64,000 bases of DNA from Somniosus microcephalus (taxonomy: Eukaryota): assembly GCA_052327205.1 (NCBI GenBank), contig CM126206.1, positions 96,162,001 to 96,226,000 of the forward strand, written 5' to 3'. This document shows, piece after piece, positions 38,701 to 51,993 of the stretch (its first letter is position 1; the number at the start of each line of letters is the position of its first letter). The notes under the pieces are model-generated. The model did not search any database, was not told the DNA's origin, and saw nothing but the letters and a program-made list of their open reading frames with translations. The translations under genes and the position numbers were made by a program.

Positions 38701-39688
38701 TGTATGTCTTCAATTCAATGGACGTGTCCTTTAAGGGTATGTGTGAGAATAGCCGCTCATAGTCTCATCGATTCATGACAGTTAGGGCTGATCCTGTGTC
38801 CAATTCCATCTTTACTGGGGACCCTGCTATCATGAGGGTGACCCAAATGGTTCGGTGATCTTCCTTTGCGATCACATTGTGTAACTTTAGACAACTTAGT
38901 CTCCTGCTCCCGGAGTCCTTATCACGCTCCTGATCTTCCGAACTACTGTCTGTCAGTTTCTTTACTTTCCTGTACTGTTCCTTAGTAGTTCTTGTCGTGT
39001 TGGTTTTCTTTCCCGACCTGCAGACTCTTGCTATATGTCCCATTTTTCCACATTGCCTGCATACTTTGTCCTTAAACCAGCAGTCCTTCTGCTTATGGGT
39101 TGTTCTGTCGCAGCGATAGCACTTTTCTGCTCCATACGCCATTTTGTTAGCGCTGTATTCTTGTGGTTTCTGTTGTATTTCCGCAGCTTCCCATGCTGCT
39201 GCTTCGTAGGATACTGCCACGCTGAAAGCCTGTTCTAGCGTCAGGTCCTTTTTTGAAAGTAGTCGTTTCTGGGTTCCTTCACTCTGAAGCCCGCAGACAA
39301 ACTTATTCCGCAAGGTGTCTGCCAGTCCTGCTCCGAACTGGCAGTGCTTCGATAACTTGCGTAGTTCTGTAAGATAGTCAGCATTGCTCTCATCTTTGTG
39401 TTGGTTTCTTTTATGGAACTTGAATCTTTCTGCTATCAGCAGCGGTGTAGGGTTTAGATGTTCCTGTAAGGTATTAACAATCTCCTCAAAACTTTTCTCC
39501 ATTGGTTTAGCTGGGGTAATTAAATTCCGCAATAGGCCGTACGTACTCGCGCCCATCAAATTCAATAATACCGCCCTCTTTCCATCGGCCACCTCATTTG
39601 ACTTGCAGTACACTTCAATTCTTTCCACATACGTGGTCCAGTCTTCTACCTCGTTGTCGAAAGCAGTGTTACTGCCAATTTTCGGCAT
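35744..39688 (-). pseudogene. gag-pol: Gypsy B gag-pol with two nonsense codons
   Basis: MPKIG start at 39688; CCHC, LDTGS, YLDD, CDAS, integrase; TGA at 38765 and near 38610; 948-aa pol part open. Confidence 0.93.
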
Positions 39689-40488
39689 CTTGGGTGATTT
39701 AAAATGGCGCCTCCCGCGCTTTTTCTTCTTCCCCAATGGAATAAAATGGCACCTCCCGCGCTTTTCCTTCTTCCCCAACGGGATAAAATGGCGCCTCCCG
39801 CGCTTTTCCTTCTTCCCCTTGCTGCTGCGCCGCTCCTAGCGTTCTACGGGGTAAGGGCGGCGACCTGCGGCTTCGGCGCGTCTCGCAGTCCTTCCCCCCC
39901 GTTTATTTTCTCTCCGCTGCCCTGTTCTTGAGCACCGACCGCGCCCTGTGTGCTGCACCCTCTCTCTCTCTTGTTTTCTTTTCCCGGCGACGCTGCGCAG
40001 CCCGTTTTGTAGAGCTGCTCGATTGAGCTTGAGCCCGCCGCAGTCCGGAAGGGTCAGCGCACTACCTGCTACAGCACGATTTGCTGGAACACCTTAACTG
40101 GGGAGCCAAGCACAGCTCTCCACAGTCTCTCCCGCAATTCTCCGAACACCGATGAATTCTTTGGGCGGTTGCCCGCGGTCGACGCCCGTTGCTCAGACGA
40201 CGACCTCCAAGAAACTTGCCCGTGGTCAAGACCCGTTGCTCAGACGACGACCTCCAAGAAACCTCCTCTCAGGGCGAGATCCCCGTGAGATGATGCCACA
40301 CTGCAGGTGAGTTCGAACTTACTCGTCGCCACTGTAAAGTCCACGCCTCAATAATACGCGGACTTCGGGAGAACAGTTTAACAGGTACTTTACTGAACAG
40401 GAGGGCACTCTTTTGTTTGGACCCAACAAAAAAAACCCAAAACAAATTGGACTGTAAATAAACAAAAGTTCAACTGAAACTTAACAAA

Positions 40489-43400
40489 TCAAATTAAAAT
40501 TTGGTTTTCCGGGTTGATGATGCACTCCAGTCCCCGCGGCACCCACCGGTCGCGGAAATACTCAAGCATGTCGGCGGACACCGCGTGCTCCATCTCCAGG
40601 GCCACCCGCGCTCGAACATGGCCACGGAAGAGAGGCAGGCAATCCGGCCGGATGACCCCCTCGACCGCCCGCTGCCTGGACCAATTGATGGCTCTTTTAG
40701 CCAGGCCCAGGAGCAGGCCTACAAGGAGGTCCTCCAACCTGCCCGCTCCCCTCCGCACCGGTTGACCATAGATCAAGAGCGTGGGACTGAAGTGCAACCA
40801 AAAATCGAGGAGCAGCCCCTTCAAGTAGTGAAAGAGAGGCTGCAACCTCTCACACTCGACATAAACGTGAAACACGGACTCCTCCAGGCCGCAAAAAATG
40901 CAGGCGGCCTGGGAGTCCGTGAACCTACTTAAAACCATATTGCACGGGACCGCTCCGTGCAACACCCTCCAGGCCAAGTCCCCGATGGAACAAGGGAGGA
41001 CTCCCGCGTAGAGAGCCCTCCATTGGGGACCTCCGCCTCCGCCGGTCGGCAAGACGGCACGCCAATGCATGTCCGGACGGCAGACGAAGATGGCAAAGTG
41101 GAGAGTGTGCAGGAGCAGCCCGTACAGGAAACCCCTCTGCGCGGAATGAAAAGGCACGGAGGGTATTTCCTCGAGATGGCTCAAGTTGCGAGGCACCGGT
41201 TCCCGAGGGGAGTTTCGGGGCCGGGCGCCGATGAGGAATTCCGTCAAAAACGCGGGTAAGCTCGGACGGGATCGCCCCATGTGCTTGAGCCGCCTCGATA
41301 CACCTAGTGGAGTCGGGGCCCAGTGCCACTTTCACCGACTCGATGGCTTCGACCGCGAGCCGGACGTTAGCCCAGGACAGGCGCCGCGTCAGCTCCTCCG
41401 GCGCCATCCAACCCGTTCCTCCGCCATCGAGCAGGTCCCCGACTCTGGTCACCTTGCCAGGCACAGCCCTGCCCTCCGCCAGCCGCCCGAACCCGCGGTC
41501 GTGGAGGTGCGGATTCCTGAGCAGCGGCTCCCGCAGGAGAGCCGCCGCTCCTGACGGGGGAGAGCTCCGCCTGGAAGCAACGTAGTTCCAAACCCAGAGC
41601 AGTTCCTGGTAGAAGACAGGCAGCTCCAGCAGGCCGGCACGCCTGCAGCCCACTTTCACAAACAGGAGCTGCGTGTCGTAATTGAGGCCGTGCAGCTGGC
41701 GGAAGAAATACGTCGCCAGCGCACACCATCTCGGAGGATTCTCGACGTACAGGTATCTCTGCAGCATCTGAAGATGGAAAGTCGCAGCCTGGGTGTGAAG
41801 GCACACCAGCGCCTGACCGCCCTCCCTAAGCGGGAGACTCAGAACTGCGGCAGAGACCCAGTGCTTCCTTTTGTCCCAGAAGCAGTCGATGAGCTTCTTC
41901 TGCATCTTGGCGACAAACGCAGGGGGAGGGATCAAAGTGACCAACCGGTACCACAACATGGCAGCCACCAGCTGGTTTATGACCCCTGTAGGACAACACT
42001 CGGAGCAGTCCTGTCCAGCGTCCTAGGCGAGTGGTGACTTTGGCCTCCAGCTCTTGCCAGTTCGCCGGCCAGGCGTCCTCGGCAGGGCTAAGGTAGACTC
42101 CCAAATAGAGGAGGTGCGTGGTGCTCCAGGCAAAAGGCCTGAGCTCCTCCGGCAGGGAGTCCACCCGCCACTGACCCACCAGGAGTCCGGAACATTTCTC
42201 CCAGTTGATCTTGGCGGAGGATGCGTCCGAGTAAATCTGCTGGCATTCCCGCATCCTCCTCAAGTCAGCGGGATCCGTGACCGTGAGGAGCACGTCATCG
42301 GCGTAAGCCGAGAGGACAACCTCCACGCCCGGCCCTTGCAGAGCCAGTCCCGTCAACCTCTTCCGCAAGAGGCGCAGGAAAGGCTCCACGCAAACGGCGT
42401 ATAACTGACCGGACATGGGGCATCCCTGACGCACCTCACTCCCGAAGCGAAGGGGTGCCGTCAAGGACCCGTTAACTTTAATCAGACACTCCGCGGCGGC
42501 GTACAGGAGTCGGATCCGGGCGACGAAATGCGTCCCGAACCCGAATGCGCGCAGAGTCCCGAAGAGATACTCGTGATCCACCCTGTCGAACGCCTTCTCC
42601 TGATCCAGGGAAAGGAAGGCGACCGGCAAACCAGCCCTCTGGGAGTGGTGGACCAGGTCCTGGACCAGATGGATGTTATCGTGGATGGTCCGGCCCGGGA
42701 CCGTGTAGGACTGGTCGGGGTGGATCATGTGGGCCAGCACGGTGCCAAGGCGAGCAGACATGGCCCTGGCAAAGATTTTATAGTCCGCGCTGAGGAGGGA
42801 GACCGGGCGCCAGTTCTTAAGGAGGCGGAGATCGCTCTTCTTAGGCAGCAGGACAATGACCGCCCTGCACCAAGAGAGGGGCATCTCCCCGGTCGCCAAA
42901 CTTTCCCCCAGGACCCGCGCGTAGTCGCCCACCAAGATGTCCCAGAACGCCCTGTGGAACTCCACGGTGAGCCCGTCCAGCCCCAGGAACTTTACCCTGG
43001 AGAGCTGGAGGAGGGCGCCGGTCAGCTCCGCCAGACTTAGCGGAGCGTCCAGTTTTTCGGCGCCCTCCGGGCTGACCTTCGGCAGGTACTCCCACAAAAC
43101 TCTGCTCGCATCCTCGCTGGACGGATCCGGAGAGAACAGAGCCCCGTAATAGGCGCGGGTCTCCGCGCTGATTCCCTCCGGATCCGAGACCAGAGATCCG
43201 TCGTCGGCCAGCAGCCCAAGAGCTGCTTACGGACCCCCCGTCTTTTTTCCAGCGAGTAGAAGAAGGGGGAGCCACGGTCCAGGTCCCGCAGGAGCTGGAT
43301 CCGCGACCTCACGTACGCGCCTCGGGACCCGACGAGCTGCAGGTCCTTCAGCGTGCCCTTCTTCTCTTCATACACCTTCCGCAGGGCCGGGTCCTCGACG

Positions 43401-44376
43401 ACCTGACCGAGACGGGACTCCAGGTCGAGCACCTCCTTCTCCAACCGCCCAACCCGGCCTTCCCGCCTCTTGGTCGACCCCTTCGCGTACTCCTGACAGC
43501 ACAGATGGACGTGAGCCTTGCCCTCGTCCCACCATAGCCTCAAGGAGGGCAAGCCCCCCCGCTTCCTTCTCCAGTCGGCCCAGAACCGACGAAACGAATC
43601 CCGGAACCGCGCGTCCTCCAGCAGCAGGTTGTTAAAATGCCAGTACGCGGACCCCCCCCGTGCGCGCAGTGGAGCGAGCTCCGCCCACACCAGGTGGTGG
43701 TCCGCGCACGGCACCGGCCGCATGGAAGCCGCCAGAACGCAGGAGACGTACGCCCGGGAAATGCAGAGGCGGTCGATTCAGGACCTTCCTCCCCCAGACC
43801 TCACGCTAGTGAAGGCGCTGGAGTCGGCGTGGAGATTTCGCCAGACGTCCACCAAGTCGAAGGACCCGACCAGGTCCCTCAACTTCTCCATCGCCGCCGG
43901 GCTTCGCGGGGGACCCGAACGGTCCCTCGCCTCGAGGGTGCAGTTAAAACCCCCCCGAGGATGACGCACTCACCCGCGTCGACGGAGCCCAAAAGAGCGG
44001 ACACTTCTTCGAAGAAGCGCACTTGCTGCACACCAGTCTGAGGGGCGTACACGTTCACTAGATGGAGCGGCACGCCCCCCAGGCGAACAGTGACCTGGAG
44101 CAAGCGGCCCGGCACATGCTCCTTGACCCCCAAGAACTCCGGCTGAAAATGCGGGGCCAGCAAGATAGCCACCCCGCTGGAATTGTTGGAGAGGTGACTC
44201 ATGCTGACCCCTCCTTGCCACTCCAGGAGCCATGTGGCTTCGTCTCCCGGAACGGTGTGGGTTTCTTGCAGGAAGCACACTGCATACTTCCCGTCCCGAA
44301 GGACCGAGAAGTTATTGAATCTGCGGCGCGCCTCCCTGCTGCCATTGATGTTGAGGCTGGCTATGGTTATCTTCAT
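40489..44376 (-). pseudogene. Tx1 ORF2 (endonuclease-RT), several frameshifts
   Basis: Collinear ORF pieces 43879-44394, 43778-43969, 43037-43723, 41826-43097, 40925-41968 and 40489-41280. Confidence 0.9.
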
Positions 44377-44407
44377 GTCAGAAGCATAGTGCAACCTCTA
44401 CCTACAG

Positions 44408-45990
44408 CTAACGGGGGGAGGGAGCGCAGCCGCTGGTCAGCCGCCACTTCCTCAGCAGCCCAGTGAGAAATGTTCTGAGCCGACGCAGCTCGAGCGTGTC
44501 CACGCCCTCGTCTGCGCCCATGATTTTAACGGCGGCACGGACGGACACGATGAGCAGCGCCAGCTCCGACCACCTGTCGAGGGCCAGCCGGATCTTATTG
44601 TGCCGACCCTGGCACGTGGCCATAAAGTCCCGGAGTTCCCTTATGGGAATGAGGAGAGACTAGGCGAGGGGCACGAGTTCATCCAGCGCCTCGTCGACGG
44701 TGGAGTCCAAATCGTCCTCCGTGCCCATCACCGAGTCACATCCTCCTCCAGGGGGTCGTCACCAGCGGCCGACCCGTCCGTCGCGCAGTGCACAGCGAAT
44801 GGCTCGGCCGCACCAGCCGGCCCCGCCTCTGCCCGGATCCCACCCCCAGGATCGGCGGCAGAGGATTCCTCCCTGGGCTCCTCTAGGGGCGTCGGGCCAG
44901 AAGACGGCGGCGGTTCAGAGCACCCCTCCACCCCAGATGCCGGAACGACCGGAGAAACCGGGGAGAGAACAATTCCCAGCTCCTCCAGTACATCCGGCAG
45001 CAGAGACGCATCCAGGGGGCCATCCTCCTCCCCGCCACCAACCTCCAACCCAGCAGGTGGGGTGTCTTGAATTAAAACCTCGGCCAGGTCGAGCAGCCCC
45101 TGGAAGATGTCCGGGTCGCATTGGGCGAGCTCATTTTCTTCAAACTCGCCCGACCCGGACCCCAGGCCGCCCGACCCAGCGAGGGGTAACGGCACAGATA
45201 AAATGTCAATTTCCGCGGGTTGATCCGCGACCCCCCCCACGGGCAGGGTCTCATCCCCATCCCCGGGAGGCACGTGCCGGACAGACACATCTGCCTCAGC
45301 CTCCCGAGGGACAGGCGACCCCTGCCGATCGCTGGTGATGATGACAGCGGGGGGGGAGGCGCAGTACTCGCGGCGGGCGACGACTCCCCCTGCTCGGAGG
45401 GACCTTCCTCCTCCCGGTCCTCCTCCTCTTCCAGGGGGTCACACCTTCTTTTTAGCACGGAGGGAGCGAGGGAGACCTCCATGTCTGCAGAGGCCTCCTC
45501 CTCTGCTCCCTCCAGCGGAGCAGGTTTGTCGGGTTCCTCGGGCCCGAGCCCGGCCGCAGGTATTGGTGTTACCGCTACGGCAGTTGCGGCCACAGGCTCG
45601 GGCACGAGGCCCCTCCCACTCGCGTCTGCCCTGATCAACACCGCGAGGAGCGCGGGTGTCAGTGGTTCTAAGTTTAAGGGCCAGCCCTCCACGGGGGGAC
45701 CCGCCCTGAGGTGTTTCGATTTTCGCCACGCCTTCCTTCCGCCCGGACGCGCTCCCTCCCCCCCGCCGGAGGCCTTGGTGGCATTGGCCTCCGACCGCGC
45801 ATCAGTTGCTTGGGATGCGCCGACAGACCCGGGGGGAGGAGCGGCGGCGGCGCCAGCCTCGGCCGCACTAGATGACCTGGCGGCCTTGGAGGCGGGGCAG
45901 TTTTTTCTGATGTGCCCCACCTCCTTGCAGGCATGGCACCGCACACCGTCCTACATCCAGAAGACGCGATAGGCGGTCCCCTCATGGAGG
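44408..45990 (-). pseudogene. Tx1 ORF1 C-terminal part, N-terminus deleted
   Basis: YRVFW..GVRCHACKEVGHIRKNCP, then acidic/Pro-rich region; ends at TAA 44408 just before ORF2. Confidence 0.8.
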
Positions 45991-46976
45991 GGCCTTCTCC
46001 CATCTGCTCAATAGGCAATTAATAAATAAAGATGAACTTGAAGTGCCTCAGAGAAAGAGGCAGAGAGAGACAAAGAGAGAGAGAGAGGGGGGTGGGAAGG
46101 AGGGAGGCCGCAAGGGCAGTGTTGCCACTCAGGATGGTGGGTGGGTGTTGGCAGGGGTGCACTCTCCGATGGGATTTAAAAGTCTTTGATGGTGGTGGTC
46201 TTCTGGCAGGGGGAGAAGATGTCTTCACCTGGGAAAGCTGGAGATGCCGAGGCTCAGTCCTGCACCAGGTCTTAACGATGCAATTAATGGAATTAAAGAC
46301 TTCACCTAGGCAGCTCCAGCTGTCCCAGGCCAGGCAATAGAAGGGGTGCTTATTAGTGGTGTGCGTGGCCTAGTTTTTAACAAGAGCCACAGACACACAC
46401 AGACACCCCTTGATGATCCGGCCTTGTTTCTTCTTTTCTCCCCCCACCTAAAATACAAAGTCTTTGGGAGAGTGCCCCAAATAACACCCACCTGTAGATG
46501 TTCAGAAAGATGTTTCTTCCCTCCTTCCAAACAGTTGGTTGTTTTCTGCTGATGGTGGTTTCTCTCCCCTCTCTCCCTTTCCTGAAGTGGAGGCCAATTT
46601 GGGGAGGCAGTGATAGGAAAGGCCTCTCCCCTGGTTGATGTTATTGCAGGCCTCCTTTCTCCTTCTCCTCCTCTGTCCTCTCTCTCCAGGCACCTCAGTT
46701 GCTGTGATGATGGTGGAGGAGGTGAAGGTGGTGGTCTTACATTCTCCTCCTCTTCCTGGTCAGGAGACCACCACTTTCCACTCTCCACTCTCCTGGTCTG
46801 GCTGCTCTTTCTCCTTGTGTGCTGCTGCACAGCCAGCAATGCTGAGAATGAGGTCTGAGCAGGAGGGCAACGTCAGACTGAAATACAGAATCCTGCTAGG
46901 GCCTTTTATACAGTGGTGGTCACCACCGGTACTGCAGTCTAAAACCAGTTCTTCCCTTAAAGGTACATACACAACA

Positions 46977-48325
46977 GTTCTCTTTCTATGTTGGCGTATC
47001 TCGTCTCGGCTGACGTCAAGGCCTTTGATGCGAAAGCTATCGGCTTTCCTTCCTGCACCAGAGCTGCCCCTAGTCCTCTGGTAGAAGCGTCTACTTGCAG
47101 AGTGATTGGTTTTCTTCTGCCATAATATGACAGACTTGTTTCTTTGCATAACAGTTCTTTAAGTTGTTTGAAATTCCTTTCGTGTGATTCAGACCACTGG
47201 TATTCGGCGTCTTCTTTCAATAGCTCTCTGAGATTTGTTGTATGTTCCGACATGTGTGGGATGAAAGAACTCATGTATTGGACGAAGCCGAGGTAACTCC
47301 TCAGCTCTTTCTTGTCTTTGGGTGGTTTCATTTCAGCAATCGACGCAATCTTCTCTGGATTTGGCTTGACTCCCTCTGGTGTATAAATCATACCGAAGAA
47401 TTGGCATTCCTTGACTTGAACTATGCACTTATCTGCATTTAACTTGATGCCAGCCTTCCTGGTACTCTCCGTGGCCTCATGTAGGTGCATGTCATGGTCT
47501 CTTTCATCTGCTCCGTAGATCTGAATATCATCAGCTATTCCTATAGCTCCTGCACAGCCTCTGTATGTCTCGTCTATTTTCTGTTGAAAGATATCTTGAT
47601 TGACCTTTAGCCCGAATGGTAGCCGCAGGAATTTGTAACGCCCAAATGGTGTGTTGAATGTTGTCAGTGTTGTTGATTCCTCATCCAACTTCACGTTCCA
47701 ATATCCATTTCTGGCATCTAGTTTTGAGAAAACCTTGGCTCCTGCCAGTGATGGCGTAATCTCCTCTAGCGTTGGGTTGGGATAGTGGTCCCTCTTTATC
47801 GCCTGGTTTAGATCTTTGGGGTCCAAACATATTCTGAGACGCCCGTTTGGCTTTTCTCGTACCACAATTGAGTTTACCCAGTCTGTGGGTTCAGTGACCT
47901 TTACGATCACTCCCTTTTCTTCCATCTCCTTTAGCTCTCTTTCAAGCTTTGTCTTCAGCTCGATGGGTACTTTTCGTGGAGCATGGATAACGGGCTTTAC
48001 CTCTGGATCGATGGTGATGTGGTATTGGAAATCTCCGAAACATCCCACTGTATCATCGAAACATTCCGGATACATGTCTATCAAGTCTTTTTTACTCTTG
48101 ATTTGTGGGCGGTTCTCCAGCGGGGTGTTGCTGTCTATCTTCAGTGGCGTTTCCGTCAACTCGTGATGCACTGAGATCAATCTCAACTCCTCGCAGCTGT
48201 TTAATCCCAGGATCGCTGGCCCCTCAGTGTCGGTGACATAGAACATGCAGTTGATGTTCTTTCTTTTATGTGTCCCTTTGATAAAGGTCCGAGTTGTTTA
48301 ATCTCACTCCCCCCGTATGCTGTCA
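46977..48325 (-). pseudogene. pol: Gypsy A pol middle (protease end, RT, RNase H start)
   Basis: LRICLDPKDLN, RLPFG, IADD, QVDAS, YANIEREL. Confidence 0.93.
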
Positions 48326-50865
48326 TAAGAACATAAGAACATAAGAAATAGGAGCAGGAGTAGGCCAATCGGCCCCTCGAGCCTGCTCCACCATTCAATA
48401 AGATCATGGCTGATCTGATCCTAACCTCATATCTTCTATCACTCTGCATCCACCCGAACCCATGTGATCTCCCGGGAGAGGCGAAAAACCAGATAAAGAC
48501 CCAATGGCCAATTTGGGAGAAAAAAATCTGGGAAATTCCTCTCCGACCCATCTAGGCGATCGAAATTCTTCCAGGAGATCACTCTGTCCCTATATTTTCT
48601 ACAGTACTTACCTTCTGTAAAGGCGATCTCCACCCCAGCCAGGAACAGGAATAAAACCATCTCCTGAAATCTAACAGAATTAGAACACAGTAGGAGCAGA
48701 ACAAGGCTACACGGCCCCTGGGCCCACTCCACTACCCACAGGGCCATGACCATTCCGAACCTAGACTCATGTCCAATTTCCTGCCCGCTCCCCGTAACCC
48801 TTAATTCCCTTTACTTCTAGGAAACTATCTATTTCTGTTTTAAATTTATTTAATGATGTAGCTTCCACAGCTTTCTGGGGCAGCAAATTCCACAAACCTA
48901 CCACCCTCTGAGTGAAGAAGTTTCTCCTCATCTCAGTTTTGAATGAGCAGCCCCTTATTTTAAGATTATGCCCCCTAGTTCTAGTTTCACCCATCATTGG
49001 GAACATCCTCACCGCATCCACCCGATCAAGCCCCTTCACAATCTTATATGTTTCAATAAGATCGCCTCTCATTCTTCTGAACTCCAATGAGTAGAGTCCC
49101 AATCTACTCAACCTCTCCTCATATGACCACCCCCTCATCCCCGGGATTAACCGAGTGAACCTTCTTTGTACTGACTCGAGAGCAAGTATGTCTTTTCTTA
49201 AGTATGGACACCAAAACTGTATGCAGTATTCCAGGTGCGGCCTCACCAATACCTTGTACAACTGCAGCAATACCTCCCTGTTTTTATATTCCAACCCCCT
49301 AGCAATAAAAGCCAACATTCCATTGGCCTTCTTAATCACTTGCTGCACCTGCATACTAACTTTTTGAGTTTCGTGCACCAGGACCCCCAGATCCCTTTGT
49401 ACTACAGTACTTTCCAGTTTCTTGCCATTAAGATAATAACTTGCTCTATGATTTTTCCTGCCAAAGTGCATAACCTCACACTTTCCAGTATTGTATTCCA
49501 TCTGCCAAATCTCTGCCCACTTACTTAGCCTGTCTATGTCCCTTTGCAGGTTTTTTATGTCCTCCTCACTCACTACTTTCCGTCCCATCTTTGTATCATC
49601 TGCAAACTTTGATATGTTACACTCGGTCCCCTCCTCCAAATCATTAATATAGATTGTAAAGAGTTGGGGACCCAGCACTGACCCCTGCGGAACACCACTA
49701 GTTACTGGTTGCCAATCTGAGAACGAACCATTTATCCCAACTCTCTGCTTTCTGTTAGAGAGCCAATCCTCCACCCACGCCAGAATATTACCCCCAATCC
49801 CGTGATTTTTTATCTTGAGCAATAATCTTTTGTGTGGCACCTTGTCAAATGCCTTTTGGAAGTCTAAATACACTACGTCCACTGGTTCCCCTTTATCCAC
49901 CCTGTATGTTACTTCCTCAAAAAACTCAAGCAAATTTGTTAAACATGACTTCCCCTTCATGAAACCATGCTGAGTTTGCCCTATTAAATTATGTTTATCC
50001 AAATGTCCCGTTACTGTCTCCTTAATAATGGACTCTAACATTTTACCAACCACAGATGTTAGGCTAACAGGTCTATAGTTTCCAGCCTTCTGCCTACTAC
50101 CCTTTTTAAATAAGGGTGTTACATTAGCAGTTTTCCAATCTGCCGGGACCTTTGCTGAGTCCAGTGAGTTTTGGAAAATTATTACCAATGCATCCACAAT
50201 CCCTACCGCTACTTCCCTCAAGACCCTAGGATGCAAGCCATCAGGTCCAGGGGATTTATCCGCCTTGAGTCCCATTATTTTACCAAGTACCACTTCCTTA
50301 GTGATTTTAATCGTATTTAGTTCCTCCCCCCGTAGAGCCCCCTGTTTGTCCAGTGTTGGGATATTCTTAGTGTCCTCTACTGTAAAGACTGATACAAAAT
50401 AATTGTTCAGTGTTTTTGCCATCTCCATGTTTCCCACCATTAATTTCCCGGTCTCATCCTCTAAGGGACCAACATTTACTTTAGCCACCCTTTTTCTTTT
50501 TATATAACTATAGAAACTTTTACTGTCTGTTTTTATATTTTTTGCTAATTTACTTTCATAATCTATCTTCCCTTTCTTAATCAATCTTTTTGTTATTTTT
50601 TGCTGTCTTTTAAAGACTTCCCAATCTTCCATCCTCCCACTAGATTTGGCTACCTTATATGCCCTTGTTTTTAGTCGGATACTATCCTTAATTACTTTAC
50701 TTAGCCACGGATGGCTATCTTTTCTTTTACACCCTTTTTTCCTCAGTGGAATATATTTTTTTTGGAAGTTGTAAAATAACTCCTTAAATGTACACCACTG
50801 GTCATGTACCGTCTTACCCTTTAATCTATTTTCCCAGTCCACTCTAATTAATTCCGCTCTCATAA
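48326..50865 (-). mobile_element. young 5'-truncated CR1 inserted in the Gypsy A protease
   Basis: tgtca duplicated at 48321-48325 and 50866-50870; (ttcttatg)n tail; uninterrupted 698-aa ORF2 portion 48767-50863 with FADD. Confidence 0.95.
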
Positions 50866-51993
50866 TGTCAGCGTGACATTACTTGCCTTTAAACAACCAT
50901 TTTTCAGGTAGCCATCTTCTCTCAGGTTTTCGGGAAAGATCTGCTGGTACAGTCTCAATGGGAGAATGCTGCTCTGAGCCCCTGTGTCCAGCTTCAACTT
51001 TAAGTTGATGGTTGTGGGCCGACCTTTGACCTTTTTTTTGATTTGGATGATGGTGTGCAATTCTCTCCTCGGAGTATTTTCCGCTCTGGACATCTCGTGA
51101 AGCTGTATCTTTATGGTTTCGATGTTTAGTGCATTGTTGTGATCATCATCATCATCCTGCTCATCCATGGCATGGATATTGTGTTTCTTTCTCTGGTTCT
51201 GCTTTCCGCCTTTGTTTTTGATGTATGTTCCTTCTTTCTTCATTCTACACCTCTTTTCCCAGTGGTTTAGTTTGCCACATGCATTGCAGCTTGTTCCATA
51301 GGCTGGACATTTCCTCTTGTCTGTGTAATCGTGCGGTCTTCCACAATTTCTGCACATGTTTCCCCCATTGTCATGTGCATATCTTTGTGTGTTGTACTTT
51401 TCTCTCACTGTATCCACTCTGTTGTCTGTCTCAGAAGCCATCCACATGTCAGCCATTTGAGAAATCAGCATTTTCATTTGCTGCTTCATGGCTTCATGAG
51501 CTCTCGCAGTATCTATAGCCTCTGTTTTCCGAGCTTTTCTTTTCCTATCAGGGTTTTTTTACCTCTACATGTGCTGACCCCCATACTAGCTGGTCCACAA
51601 GCCTTTCCCCTCCATTTCCTTAAATTTACACTTGCTGGCTTCATTTCTCAGCCTTGTCAGGAAATTGTCAGCTGTTTCACTGGGTTCCTGTCTTAGACTC
51701 TGGAATTTGTATCTGTGTATACGGTGATTGGATTTAGGCTCTAGATGGTTGCTGAATTTGTCAAAAATTGTCGCAGGGTTTTCCTTTTCCTCTTCAGTCA
51801 AACTCCAGCTATTATACAAATCTAGACCTTTTTCTCCTGTCCACAACAGAATGTAACTAACCTTTTCCTCGTTGGTAGTACCCTTCAGGAAGCTTTTGAA
51901 TGTAAGCTCACATTTCTGTTTGAACTTGCGGAATGCTTCTACTATATCGTCAGCTTCCCAGTTCATGAGGGGTTGCATTTACACAGCCGTCAT
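50866..51993 (-). pseudogene. gag: Gypsy A gag and protease N-half
   Basis: CNACGKLNHWEKRC knuckle, LKLDTGAQSSILP; gag N-terminal part at 51586-51978; internal break. Confidence 0.88.

Larger units (their letters stand above)
40408..46854 (-). mobile_element. Tx1-clade (L1-group) LINE with 5' UTR, inserted in the Gypsy B 5' LTR
   Basis: 15-bp TSD ctga(a/g)caggagggca; ORF1 CCHC CHACKEVGHIRKNC; ORF2 EN (ASLNING, LQETH), RT (RQGCPMS, YADD), C-terminal CIFC..H..C. Confidence 0.92.
35468..46976 (-). mobile_element. Gypsy LTR retrotransposon B (sister of C) inserted in the RNase H of Gypsy A
   Basis: 3' LTR 35468-35649; 5' LTR split 40333-40407 / 46855-46976; TSD gttct; PBS tggcgacgag; PPT aaaaggggaggaat. 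Confidence 0.95.

Noticed and set aside
40501-45972. Many overlapping plus-strand ORFs
   Set aside because: Antisense shadows of the GC-rich Tx1 coding sequence.
46760-47149. Similar peptides in ORFs 35451-35687 and 46760-47149 as a small gene family
   Set aside because: Both are translations across the two LTRs of Gypsy B.
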